Source of the DNA: a virus
Length of the DNA stretch: 64,000 nt
IMG/VR virus record: IMGVR_UViG_3300002054_000009
Direction: 5' to 3' (one strand)
Shown: piece by piece, positions 1-7,869 of the stretch
Layout: the number at the start of each line of letters is the position of its first letter
Position numbering within the stretch: the first letter of the stretch is position 1
Program-made: the position numbers and the translations under genes
The notes under the pieces: generated by a model
What the model was told of the DNA's origin: nothing
Database searches by the model: none
The model's input: the letters and a program-made list of their open reading frames with translations, nothing else

Positions 1-1
1 T

Positions 2-277
2 AATGTTTCAGCACGATCTCAACCATTTACTACAACGGGAACCACATTACCCACCTCTCAAGATGTTGTTCCGAATTTAATTGATCCTGATTTCAATCCA
101 GTCGATGTGGGTGGGTATATTAAACCAGAAATACCAACACCAGAACCAGAAGTAGAGATTGGAGGGGGGGAGGAAACATCTCCCCCACCCAGAAAGGGTG
201 GTGGATCAATTGCGCTGTATATGTTGATGTTGCTCGTTAGTGGTAATGTCTGGCGTAAACTTTTTAGGAAGGTTTAA
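2..277 (+). CDS. 3' end of a protein with Pro/Glu/Thr-rich linker and GlyGly-CTERM-like sorting tail (partial, runs off window start)
   Basis: Frame 2 is open from base 2 to TAA 275-277 and ends ...PTPEPEVEIGGGEETSPPPRKGGGSIALYMLMLLVSGNVWRKLFRKV*. Not in the ORF track. Confidence 0.75.
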   Translation, partial: NVSARSQPFTTTGTTLPTSQDVVPNLIDPDFNPVDVGGYIKPEIPTPEPEVEIGGGEETSPPPRKGGGSIALYMLMLLVSGNVWRKLFRKV

Positions 278-1667
278 TAATATTCTCTATATCAGATAAC
301 AATTGAGAGATTTTATCAATATCAGATTTTGATAGAGTAATGGTATCAACTTCCTCCACGGTTGGAACATTGATTTTTGGGGGGAGTTGTGGTGATGGTT
401 TTACTTCTGCTTTTATTTTTTTACCGAATCTATGACTTGATACATATCCATATTCTGGCTCAATTTTAATATTATTAGCTGGCCGACGTTCATTTGTTTT
501 GGTTAGGAAACAGGATAGGTATCCATAATATTCAGCCCGTCGATCAACAACCATTTTCGTTCTTGAGTTAGTAACACCAGAACTTATTTTATGACTTTTA
601 CCGACTGATCCATCCGACATTAATTGGGTCATGGTAACGTCATCTCTAAAATTACTAACAGTAAAAATATCACCATCGAAAGTAGTGACTTCCATAGTCC
701 TATCTGATTTGACATTTTTTATAGGAGTAGTGACCCACTCAGTATTTTTTTCATTTCGTCTAATATAATAATATTTCTTTTGGCGATCAGGTATAATCAT
801 GTGGGGCATACCAGAATCATCTACAGTGATTGATAACATGTTAAATGGTTTTGGATCACCCTTAGATGTATCCCAGATCAATTGTGTTTGGCTACCGGAT
901 TTCGAATTATGATAATAAGCGAATGGCAACTCGGCATGAGTTCCATCGATATATGTCCAATCTGTCCCGTTCATAGACATGATATGAAATAGATCCTGTT
1001 GCTTATCTGGACCTCCCCCATTTTTTTCATCCCTCCATAACCCACATAAATGGAGTCCAGACGGCCCCATTGCAATATTCGAGACATACATCCTCACCCA
1101 ATCACTCGTATTAATTTGTGCCATTTCGGACCACTTTCCGGTTCTAACATCAAGTTTTTTCAAATACCAGATGAATAATGGAGCAGTTTTTCCTGAAATT
1201 CGTGTATGGTCCTGCTCTCTATATGAGAAACATAGATCATCACCATGATAAAAGAATTCTGGATAGGTAACTCGATCAGTATCCTTAGTGCCCAATAAAC
1301 TCCGATTAACATTAGAAAATCCTGAATGTATGGTATATGGTGCATCTGATTTACACATGTATAGGGGGTCAACATGATGATCTCCCGCCACGTAAATATA
1401 TCCTAGAGTGTCAATACCAATTGTAATATTATTGTGACTATCACCATCAACAGTATTACAACCTAGGGCATCTGAAACATCAACTTCTTTAGACCATTCT
1501 CCTTCTGGAAACCTTCGAATGGAAACTTTTGCCCGCCGATCATCCCCCCAATAAGTAACTAATTGTGACAGATCTCCATCAACATCTTCGAATGTTGTAA
1601 GGTTTTCATTGCCAGATACATTATATTGAAATGAACCATCTAATTTACTAGGAAGTTTTGCTTGCAT
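264..1667 (-). CDS. BNR_4-family beta-propeller, PL24/PL25 ulvan-lyase-like polysaccharide lyase
   Basis: Motifs GDSHNNITIGID..G.IYVAGDHH.DPL and VTYPEF...L.FSYR; no signal peptide; TAAATA on minus strand at 1701-1706. Confidence 0.7.
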   Translation of the reverse strand: MQAKLPSKLDGSFQYNVSGNENLTTFEDVDGDLSQLVTYWGDDRRAKVSIRRFPEGEWSKEVDVSDALGCNTVDGDSHNNITIGIDTLGYIYVAGDHHVDPLYMCKSDAPYTIHSGFSNVNRSLLGTKDTDRVTYPEFFYHGDDLCFSYREQDHTRISGKTAPLFIWYLKKLDVRTGKWSEMAQINTSDWVRMYVSNIAMGPSGLHLCGLWRDEKNGGGPDKQQDLFHIMSMNGTDWTYIDGTHAELPFAYYHNSKSGSQTQLIWDTSKGDPKPFNMLSITVDDSGMPHMIIPDRQKKYYYIRRNEKNTEWVTTPIKNVKSDRTMEVTTFDGDIFTVSNFRDDVTMTQLMSDGSVGKSHKISSGVTNSRTKMVVDRRAEYYGYLSCFLTKTNERRPANNIKIEPEYGYVSSHRFGKKIKAEVKPSPQLPPKINVPTVEEVDTITLSKSDIDKISQLLSDIENIIKPS

Positions 1668-1725
1668 ATTATGTTTTTTATTGAGGATGATAATATATTA
1701 TATTTATGGTGAGTAAAATAGAATA

Positions 1726-1754
1726 TTGACATTTACCATCCAACTCAGCATAAT
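1726..1754 (+). promoter_or_regulatory. sigma70-type promoter
   Basis: TTGACA-17 nt-CATAAT upstream of ATG 1780. Confidence 0.65.
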
Positions 1755-1779
1755 ACATAAAATTTCTCGGGGTAATAAG

Positions 1780-1998
1780 ATGTCTGCACAAGGAAAAATT
1801 GAATATTACGAAACTGAATCTGGATGGGAGTGGCGATTTATCGCGGCAAATGGTGAAGTACTCGCCCACTCAGGCGAAGTGTTTAGTAGTAAACAAGCTG
1901 TTCTAAAAAGCATAGAAACCACTACTGAATATTTTATTAATTATGATAAATTTGGGTTGTTGGTAGAAGTTGATTATAAAAATGGAGAAGAAAAATGA
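1780..1998 (+). CDS. DUF1508/YegP (UPF0339)-like small protein
   Basis: KIEYY...WEWRFIAANGEVLAHSGEVFSSKQAVLKSIE; probable start ATG 1780. Confidence 0.75.
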   Translation: MSAQGKIEYYETESGWEWRFIAANGEVLAHSGEVFSSKQAVLKSIETTTEYFINYDKFGLLVEVDYKNGEEK

Positions 1999-2411
1999 AT
2001 TTTAAAGATTTTACACAAAACGCACTTCGAACGGAAAGTGTACCGGATGTAGTAAGGATACACACTGAATTATTTGAAACTATGCAAGCAGTGTCAGTTA
2101 GTGTGGCAGATAATCTCGATCTGATTAAGAAAAATGTTTTTTATGGCAAAGATCTTGATCAGGAACGAGTAGTTCGAAATTTGCGACATTGCAAAGTAAT
2201 GCTAGAAAATCTATCAAAAAATATAGATGGAGATTCGGGGACATTTTCAAAAATTGATGAGATGGTCATTAACCCGAGAGAATTTCATGGTGTATTGGGA
2301 ATTTTGACAGAAGCCAATGAATTATTAGACTGTGTAAATTTAGGTTCAAAATCATTGCCCGTAAAGGAGTGCGTGGATGAGTTGGGTGATGTTATGTGGT
2401 ATACAGCATGA
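1995..2411 (+). CDS. mazG: MazG-like nucleotide pyrophosphohydrolase, apparently C-terminally truncated
   Basis: GILTEANELLD...ECVDELGDVMWY motif; stops two residues after WY. Confidence 0.7.
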   Translation: MNFKDFTQNALRTESVPDVVRIHTELFETMQAVSVSVADNLDLIKKNVFYGKDLDQERVVRNLRHCKVMLENLSKNIDGDSGTFSKIDEMVINPREFHGVLGILTEANELLDCVNLGSKSLPVKECVDELGDVMWYTA

Positions 2412-2485
2412 TATAAATATAGTTATCAGATGCCTTATGGGTCTGATATGACATTAAACTTGCTTAACTAAGAGGAGAAAATATT
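2412..2485 (+). promoter_or_regulatory. T4-type late promoter TATAAATA plus two-hairpin 5' UTR (ROSE-like thermometer)
   Basis: TATAAATA 2412-2419; hairpin ATCAGA/TCTGAT 2425-2447; CTTGCTT-AACT-AAGAGGAG 2459-2477 pairs over the SD. Confidence 0.6.
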
Positions 2486-2914
2486 ATGTCAACTAGAACT
2501 TTAGATAGTTTAATGAATGACCTTTTTCGATCAGCTATTGGTTATGACGATCTATTTCGATCTATATCGAGAGCATCGATCAAACAACCAAATTTCCCAC
2601 CCTATAATATCGTCAATACCGAAGATGGGCATGTAATAGCTGTTGCTCTAGCAGGATATGGTAATGATGATATTGAAGTTACCGTAGATGCCGAAATTCT
2701 GACCATTAAAACAGTGGATGAATTGGATACTGCCAAGGATGAAGATGGTTTGGAAAATGTTCAGTATCGAGGTATTTCAAAACGGAAATTTAATCTTACC
2801 TTTTCATTGAATCGAAAATTGGAGGTATCTAGTGCTAAACTAGAAAACGGACTCTTAATGATAGATATACGTAATGTAAAAAATGAAGATGTTAAGATGA
2901 TACCCATCCTCTAA
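2486..2914 (+). CDS. hsp20: small heat shock protein Hsp20
   Basis: FPPYNIV...IAVALAGY...YRGISKRKF...F.L...A.LENGLL.I alpha-crystallin motifs. Confidence 0.95.
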   Translation: MSTRTLDSLMNDLFRSAIGYDDLFRSISRASIKQPNFPPYNIVNTEDGHVIAVALAGYGNDDIEVTVDAEILTIKTVDELDTAKDEDGLENVQYRGISKRKFNLTFSLNRKLEVSSAKLENGLLMIDIRNVKNEDVKMIPIL

Positions 2915-2931
2915 TATTATAATGCCGAGTT

Positions 2932-3471
2932 GTGGTGAGGAATTTTTCCTCACCACAACAAGGTTTCAATAGGAAGGAGTATTATATTATCGATACTAAT
3001 GAAACCATAAATTCAATGATCTCTGCAATGAATAAAAAGGATAGAAAAAAATTCTTTAATATAAATTTTATGAGTAGACTCATTGATAATTTTTATTGGG
3101 GGATGGTTCATCGATTCCACCCCAAGAACAAATACAATACTATAAAAATTAGAAGTCTGAAACCCGGATACTATGACCCAGATCAGCGAATTTTGCATGG
3201 TTGTTTTGATTTGTTTTGTGAATGGTTTGAAGACGAAAATATATCTAAAAATATAAGAGATGACATGAGCACATATTCCAGAGAATGTGTTGATTTATAT
3301 CACTATTGGATGGTAATCAGGCCCAAATATCTCGATCTTATAGACACCAAATTAATCAACGACGCAACGAGTGGCAAAACTTCAATGGATCTTCATGAAA
3401 AATTAGATGAAATTGATAATAAAATGTTAATTCGATTGATTCACATTAGAACTAGTATATGGTATCTCTAA
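2932..3471 (+). CDS. hypothetical phage protein
   Basis: 179-aa ORF in operon orientation; no motif recognised. Confidence 0.6.
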   Translation: MVRNFSSPQQGFNRKEYYIIDTNETINSMISAMNKKDRKKFFNINFMSRLIDNFYWGMVHRFHPKNKYNTIKIRSLKPGYYDPDQRILHGCFDLFCEWFEDENISKNIRDDMSTYSRECVDLYHYWMVIRPKYLDLIDTKLINDATSGKTSMDLHEKLDEIDNKMLIRLIHIRTSIWYL

Positions 3472-3565
3472 TAAAATCAAATAGTTAGAAGTTATTTTTT
3501 ACTATTTCAAATTTTACCCTAAATAAGTTTATCTTACATTTTTAAGATACTAGAGGATAAAATTT

Positions 3566-4330
3566 ATGGGTAAAAAGGCTCGCAGATATTCACCCAACGC
3601 CACCCAACAGACAGATAACGTAGTATCTCTAAATTACCATGACCAACAAGCGAGATTGCATGGCCCTAAAAAGAAAAATTGGAGTATACATGATCTCCAC
3701 AACGTAACTCCCCTAACAGAAAAACAAGAAGATATGTTTCATGCTTGGTTTCAGGGTGATGATATATGCGCTCATGGTTCAGCGGGAACAGGAAAATCCT
3801 TTTTATCGCTATTTTTAGCATGTTCGGAAATGTTAGACCGTGGAGAGCATGATAGGATAATTATTATTCGATCTGCAGTTCAGGGGAGAGATATGGGCCA
3901 TTTGCCCGGATCACTCGAAGAGAAATATGCAGAATATGAGGCTCCATATCAAGCAATTTTATCTGATTTATTTGGACGTAAATCAACATATGCAGATATG
4001 AAAGAAGCTGGAAAAATAGAGTTTATGACAACTTCATTTATTAGGGGATTAACATTTGACAATGCCATTATTATTCTTGACGAATTCCAAAATTGTACGT
4101 TTGCAGAAATCGACTCTGTAATGACGCGAGTGGGAAAGAATAGTAGAGTATTGGTGGCTGGTGATGATAAGCGTCAGTGTGATCTGAGGCACCATGAAGA
4201 GACGGGAAGTAATCGAATGATTAGTGCATTTAAGAAGATGGGGGAATTTTCTACTATCGAATTTAATACTGAGGATGTAGTAAGGTCTGCATATGCTAAA
4301 TCGTGGTTGTTAGCAACTGGACAAGCCTAA
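3566..4330 (+). CDS. phoH: PhoH-family ATPase
   Basis: GSAGTGKS Walker A, GHLPGSLEEK, FIRGLTFDNAIIILDEFQN, RVGKNSR; TAAATA at 3520. Confidence 0.95.
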   Translation: MGKKARRYSPNATQQTDNVVSLNYHDQQARLHGPKKKNWSIHDLHNVTPLTEKQEDMFHAWFQGDDICAHGSAGTGKSFLSLFLACSEMLDRGEHDRIIIIRSAVQGRDMGHLPGSLEEKYAEYEAPYQAILSDLFGRKSTYADMKEAGKIEFMTTSFIRGLTFDNAIIILDEFQNCTFAEIDSVMTRVGKNSRVLVAGDDKRQCDLRHHEETGSNRMISAFKKMGEFSTIEFNTEDVVRSAYAKSWLLATGQA

Positions 4331-4338
4331 ATTTGGGG

Positions 4339-4367
4339 TTGATTTAATGAAGTGAATCGTCTATAAT
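4339..4367 (+). promoter_or_regulatory. sigma70-type promoter
   Basis: TTGATT-17 nt-TATAAT. Confidence 0.6.
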
Positions 4368-4403
4368 CCAACAAAATATAATCCAACAAAATAGGATTCA
4401 TAG

Positions 4404-4619
4404 ATGAAAGAAAAAATTCCATATATTTACTTCAATAATGATTCATATGTTGAAGTGGAGACTACTGGCAGGGTAGCTAAAAAAACTATCCCTGCGGTGG
4501 GGACGATGAGAGCCAGAGTAGAACTTCTGGTAGAAGTTAAACCATCCAAAATGGAAGATGGAAGATGGGTTAAGTTTGTCAATGAATCCGAGCTACATGA
4601 GATTCTTGACGATGAATAA
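4404..4619 (+). CDS. hypothetical protein
   Basis: 71 aa, AGGA RBS, stop overlaps thyA start. Confidence 0.6.
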   Translation: MKEKIPYIYFNNDSYVEVETTGRVAKKTIPAVGTMRARVELLVEVKPSKMEDGRWVKFVNESELHEILDDE

Positions 4620-5511
4620 TTATCTATTATCTGAATACGACGATAATCTTCGAGCCATTTATGAAAATGGATTTGATATATCTGGAGATCGTACTGGAGT
4701 TGGTACTAGGTGTTTATTTGGACTTAACACTACGATTGATTTATCAAGTGGTAGAGTTCCTATCTTAACAAAGCGGCGAGTAGCATACAAAAGTATCATA
4801 CGCGAGGTGTTGTGGTATATCAGCGGCTCTTCAAATATTAATGATTTAGAGGCTATGGGATCTGGGATATGGACTCCTTGGAAAAGTAAGGAGTTTACAG
4901 ATAAACATGATTTACCAGAAGGTTCTGGTGGTTATTTGTATGGTCATAATTTGATACATTTTGGAAAAGATATTAAAAATCCTGATGATGTGGGATTTAA
5001 TCAGTTAGATTATGTAATCAATACACTGAAACAGAATCCAAAAAGTAGACAGGCATGTTTTACATTCTGGATGCCGGGGAGTGGAAATAATGGCATAATC
5101 AGCGATTTCACCAAACCCGCATTGCTTCCGGCATGTCATGCTTTTTATTCTTTTATTGCGAGTCCAGATGAAAATGGTGATATTAAAAATTTAAATGTTG
5201 CTATACATCAACGCTCTGTTGATACTGCAATCGGTTTAGGAATGGGAAATTTATTAACGGGTGCAATCTTTTTACATTTGGTAGCACATCAAGTTGGATT
5301 ATCTGCCAATAAAATTTTTCATTCAGGTGCACATTGCCATATATATCACAACCAATTTGATGCTGTTGAAGAATATTTGAAAAGAACTCCCATTGATTCT
5401 CCGATGATGCAAATCAATCATCATGATTCAATTTATAATTACAGTGATGAAGATTTCGAAATCATAAACTATCAGGCTCATGAAAAAATAAAATTCGAAA
5501 TTGCAGTATAA
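4612..5511 (+). CDS. thyA: thymidylate synthase
   Basis: DRTGVGT, PILTKR, E.LWYISG, IW..W, SRQ, LPACH, HQRS.D; probable start ATG 4612. Confidence 0.97.
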   Translation: MNNYLLSEYDDNLRAIYENGFDISGDRTGVGTRCLFGLNTTIDLSSGRVPILTKRRVAYKSIIREVLWYISGSSNINDLEAMGSGIWTPWKSKEFTDKHDLPEGSGGYLYGHNLIHFGKDIKNPDDVGFNQLDYVINTLKQNPKSRQACFTFWMPGSGNNGIISDFTKPALLPACHAFYSFIASPDENGDIKNLNVAIHQRSVDTAIGLGMGNLLTGAIFLHLVAHQVGLSANKIFHSGAHCHIYHNQFDAVEEYLKRTPIDSPMMQINHHDSIYNYSDEDFEIINYQAHEKIKFEIAV

Positions 5512-5514
5512 AAT

Positions 5515-5862
5515 ATGGCACAAAAAACTACAGAAAAGTTTATTGAACAAGCGAAGGCTGTTCATGGAAATCGTTATGATTATTCAAACACGATTTATAT
5601 CCATTGGTCAGAAAAAATTAATATAGTTTGTAAAAAACACGGCGAAATTTCAATAAGACCAAATGATCATTTGCAGGGTTATAATTGTAAATTATGTGCA
5701 ATTGAAGGAAGAACCAACGATAAAGAGGGTTTCCTAAGAAATGCATTTGAGGCTCATGGTGATTTGTATGATTATTCCCAAGTAGTTTATAAAAGTAACA
5801 AAAAGAAGGTTGATATAATTTGTCCAATCCACGGAATATTTAAATTTCCAATTGCAGTATAA
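5515..5862 (+). pseudogene. truncated homing endonuclease (CxxH zinc-ribbon/DUF723-like repeats) fused to a second copy of the thyA 3' end
   Basis: Two YDYS..Y....K..I.C..HG repeats, no nuclease domain; ends KFPIAV* like thyA KFEIAV*. Confidence 0.75.
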
Positions 5863-5970
5863 TTTACTGGCAACCGTAAACAAATGTCAACAATCCTTCT
5901 ATACCCACTTTCCTATTGACATAATTGATATATACTTAGTCACTAACCAATAACAATAATATAAATTAAC

Positions 5971-6594
5971 ATGAATACTTTAGTTAAAAATAGAAAAATA
6001 GAATCCATACCACACATTAATTCCAAGCGAATGTTGGATATCGCTGGTGCATCATTGGCACTATTATTTCTTGCAGTACCAATGCTTGTTTCTTGTATAT
6101 TAATAAAACTCACTAGTAAGGGCAGTATTATATATAAACAAACACGAGTCGGATTAAATGGCGAAGAGTTCGAAATTTTCAAATTTCGAACTCTTTATAG
6201 TGATAGGTGTGCTAGTGGCTTTCAGGCAAATTCGGACGATTCTGTAAAAACACCATTTGGAAAATTCGCAAGAAAATATAGTATTGACGAACTCCCCCAA
6301 TTATTTAATGTACTGAGGGGTGATATGTCTTTAGTTGGTCCACGTCCCGTTGCACGATATTTGGATGAACAGTTTTCTAGTGTTAGAAACTTACAACATC
6401 GATATAAAGTACTTCCCGGTATAACAGGTCTTGCACAAATAAATGGTTGTAGGGGTGAAACTACCACTATAGAGGAATATCAAAAACGCATCAATTATGA
6501 TATTTTATATGTCAAACATGCGTCACTATTGTTGGATTTTAAAATATTATTAAATACAGTTCGCACCGTTTTCACGTCAAACACGGGATCATAA
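5971..6594 (+). CDS. monotopic phosphoglycosyl transferase (Bac_transf, WcaJ/WbaP C-terminal-like)
   Basis: KRMLDI, FEIFKFRT, SIDELPQLFNVLRGDMSLVGPRP, PGITGLAQING, YD..YV. Confidence 0.93.
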   Translation: MNTLVKNRKIESIPHINSKRMLDIAGASLALLFLAVPMLVSCILIKLTSKGSIIYKQTRVGLNGEEFEIFKFRTLYSDRCASGFQANSDDSVKTPFGKFARKYSIDELPQLFNVLRGDMSLVGPRPVARYLDEQFSSVRNLQHRYKVLPGITGLAQINGCRGETTTIEEYQKRINYDILYVKHASLLLDFKILLNTVRTVFTSNTGS

Positions 6595-6595
6595 A

Positions 6596-7084
6596 TTGAA
6601 TTTAAATTTGATAGTGGCCGTTGATGAAATGGGTGGATTTGGGAAATCAGGAAAAATCCCTTGGAACGTTCCCGAAGATATGAAACATTTTAAAGAAGTA
6701 ACATCTAATCATGTATGTGTAATGGGGAGAAAAACTTATGCTGATATGCTGAAGATGTACCAAGATAGACTTGGTGACTCATTTGAATCTACACTGGGTG
6801 ATTCACTGTTTCAAATTTTGCCCAATCGAGATTCTTATGTAGTTAGCAGAAACTCAGAATTGGAGGCTATTGGTGCAAAGCGAGTTAATAGTCCAAGTGA
6901 AGTATTTGATAAATTTGTGAAGACTAACCGAAAAATCTTTGTGTTGGGTGGATACCAATTATTTGTAGCAGCATTAAATGAGGGTGCAAAGGTTTACATG
7001 ACTATTATAAAAGGAGACAATTACAGTTGTGATGTTAAATTTCCCATCAAAATATTGGATAACTATAAAATTAAGATGAAGTAG
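6596..7084 (+). CDS. folA: dihydrofolate reductase (C-terminus appears short)
   Basis: LIVAVD...GFG..GKIPW.VPEDMKHFK, VMGRKT, LPNR, VLGG; TTG start. Confidence 0.9.
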   Translation: MNLNLIVAVDEMGGFGKSGKIPWNVPEDMKHFKEVTSNHVCVMGRKTYADMLKMYQDRLGDSFESTLGDSLFQILPNRDSYVVSRNSELEAIGAKRVNSPSEVFDKFVKTNRKIFVLGGYQLFVAALNEGAKVYMTIIKGDNYSCDVKFPIKILDNYKIKMK

Positions 7085-7120
7085 TTGAAGATGAAGTAGT
7101 TGAAGATGAAGTAGTTGAAG
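7073..7120 (+). repeat. 15-bp tandem repeat AAGATGAAGTAGTTG x3 (encodes EDEVV)
   Basis: Read directly from sequence. Confidence 0.9.
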
Positions 7121-7263
7121 AGCCAAAAATTGAAGATATGACCGAAGAAATGAATGTTTCTGAATTGCGAGATCGAGCATCAGAATTGAATATTGAGGGT
7201 CGTTCAGGAATGAATAAGGCTGATCTTATTGCAGCTATTAATAAAGCTGAAGGCGACGATTAA
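7075..7263 (+). CDS. Rho_N (Rho termination factor N-terminal) domain protein with acidic linker; 5' end missing or starts at ATG 7138
   Basis: Frame 1 reads DEVVEDEVVEDEVVEEPKIEDMTEEMNVSELRDRASELNIEGRSGMNKADLIAAINKAEGDD*; not in ORF track. Confidence 0.7.
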   Translation, partial: DEVVEDEVVEDEVVEEPKIEDMTEEMNVSELRDRASELNIEGRSGMNKADLIAAINKAEGDD

Positions 7264-7291
7264 TTACTAGAAAGTTGTTTCTACCGGGGGT

Positions 7292-7816
7292 ATGTTGATG
7301 ATTTTGGAAGAATTATTTGAGTCAGAAGAAAAACCCCCCGGTACTTATGCTGCAGCCATATTTGATAAAGATTCTCAAAAAATAGTTGCAGACTATATTC
7401 GAAAAAATGAAATTCCAAATTCTACCAAACCGACAAAAATACATTGCACTATAATTTACAGTAGAGAACATATTCCAAATTTTAAAATAACTAAGAATTA
7501 TGATACTCCCTTAAAATGTGTACCTAATGGCCTTGTCGTATGGAAAACTCAACCAGATGATGACGGCAATACTAAAAACTGTTTAGTATTAAAATTGAAG
7601 TGTCCTGAAATTGTTAAGCGCCATGAGGAATTAATGCAAAAATACCCGATGGCAACATATGATTATCCAGAATTTAAGGTGCATATGACATTATCATATG
7701 ATATAGATGATATGACTAAGGATGATTTCCCAGATTTCGATGAAGAATTATATCTAAGTGGAGAAATTACAAGTCCATTGGATACTGTTTGGGCCAAGAA
7801 AAACACCAAAAAGTAA
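7292..7816 (+). CDS. acb1: anti-CBASS nuclease Acb1 (T4 gp57B-like 2H phosphodiesterase)
   Basis: G.YAAA.F, KIHCTIIYSR, L.VWKTQ, LVLKL, RH, A.YDY.EFKVHMTLSY, PLD..WA closely follow T4 Acb1 as recalled. Confidence 0.88.
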   Translation: MLMILEELFESEEKPPGTYAAAIFDKDSQKIVADYIRKNEIPNSTKPTKIHCTIIYSREHIPNFKITKNYDTPLKCVPNGLVVWKTQPDDDGNTKNCLVLKLKCPEIVKRHEELMQKYPMATYDYPEFKVHMTLSYDIDDMTKDDFPDFDEELYLSGEITSPLDTVWAKKNTKK

Positions 7817-7869
7817 AAATAGTGTAAAAATTTGCAGATAAATAATATTATTCCTTAAAGAGTAATAAT

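Noticed and set aside
7060-7090. Programmed -1 frameshift producing a DHFR-Rho_N fusion
   Set aside because: No X XXY YYZ slippery heptamer after the -1 frame TAA at 7072-7074; a deletion explains it better.
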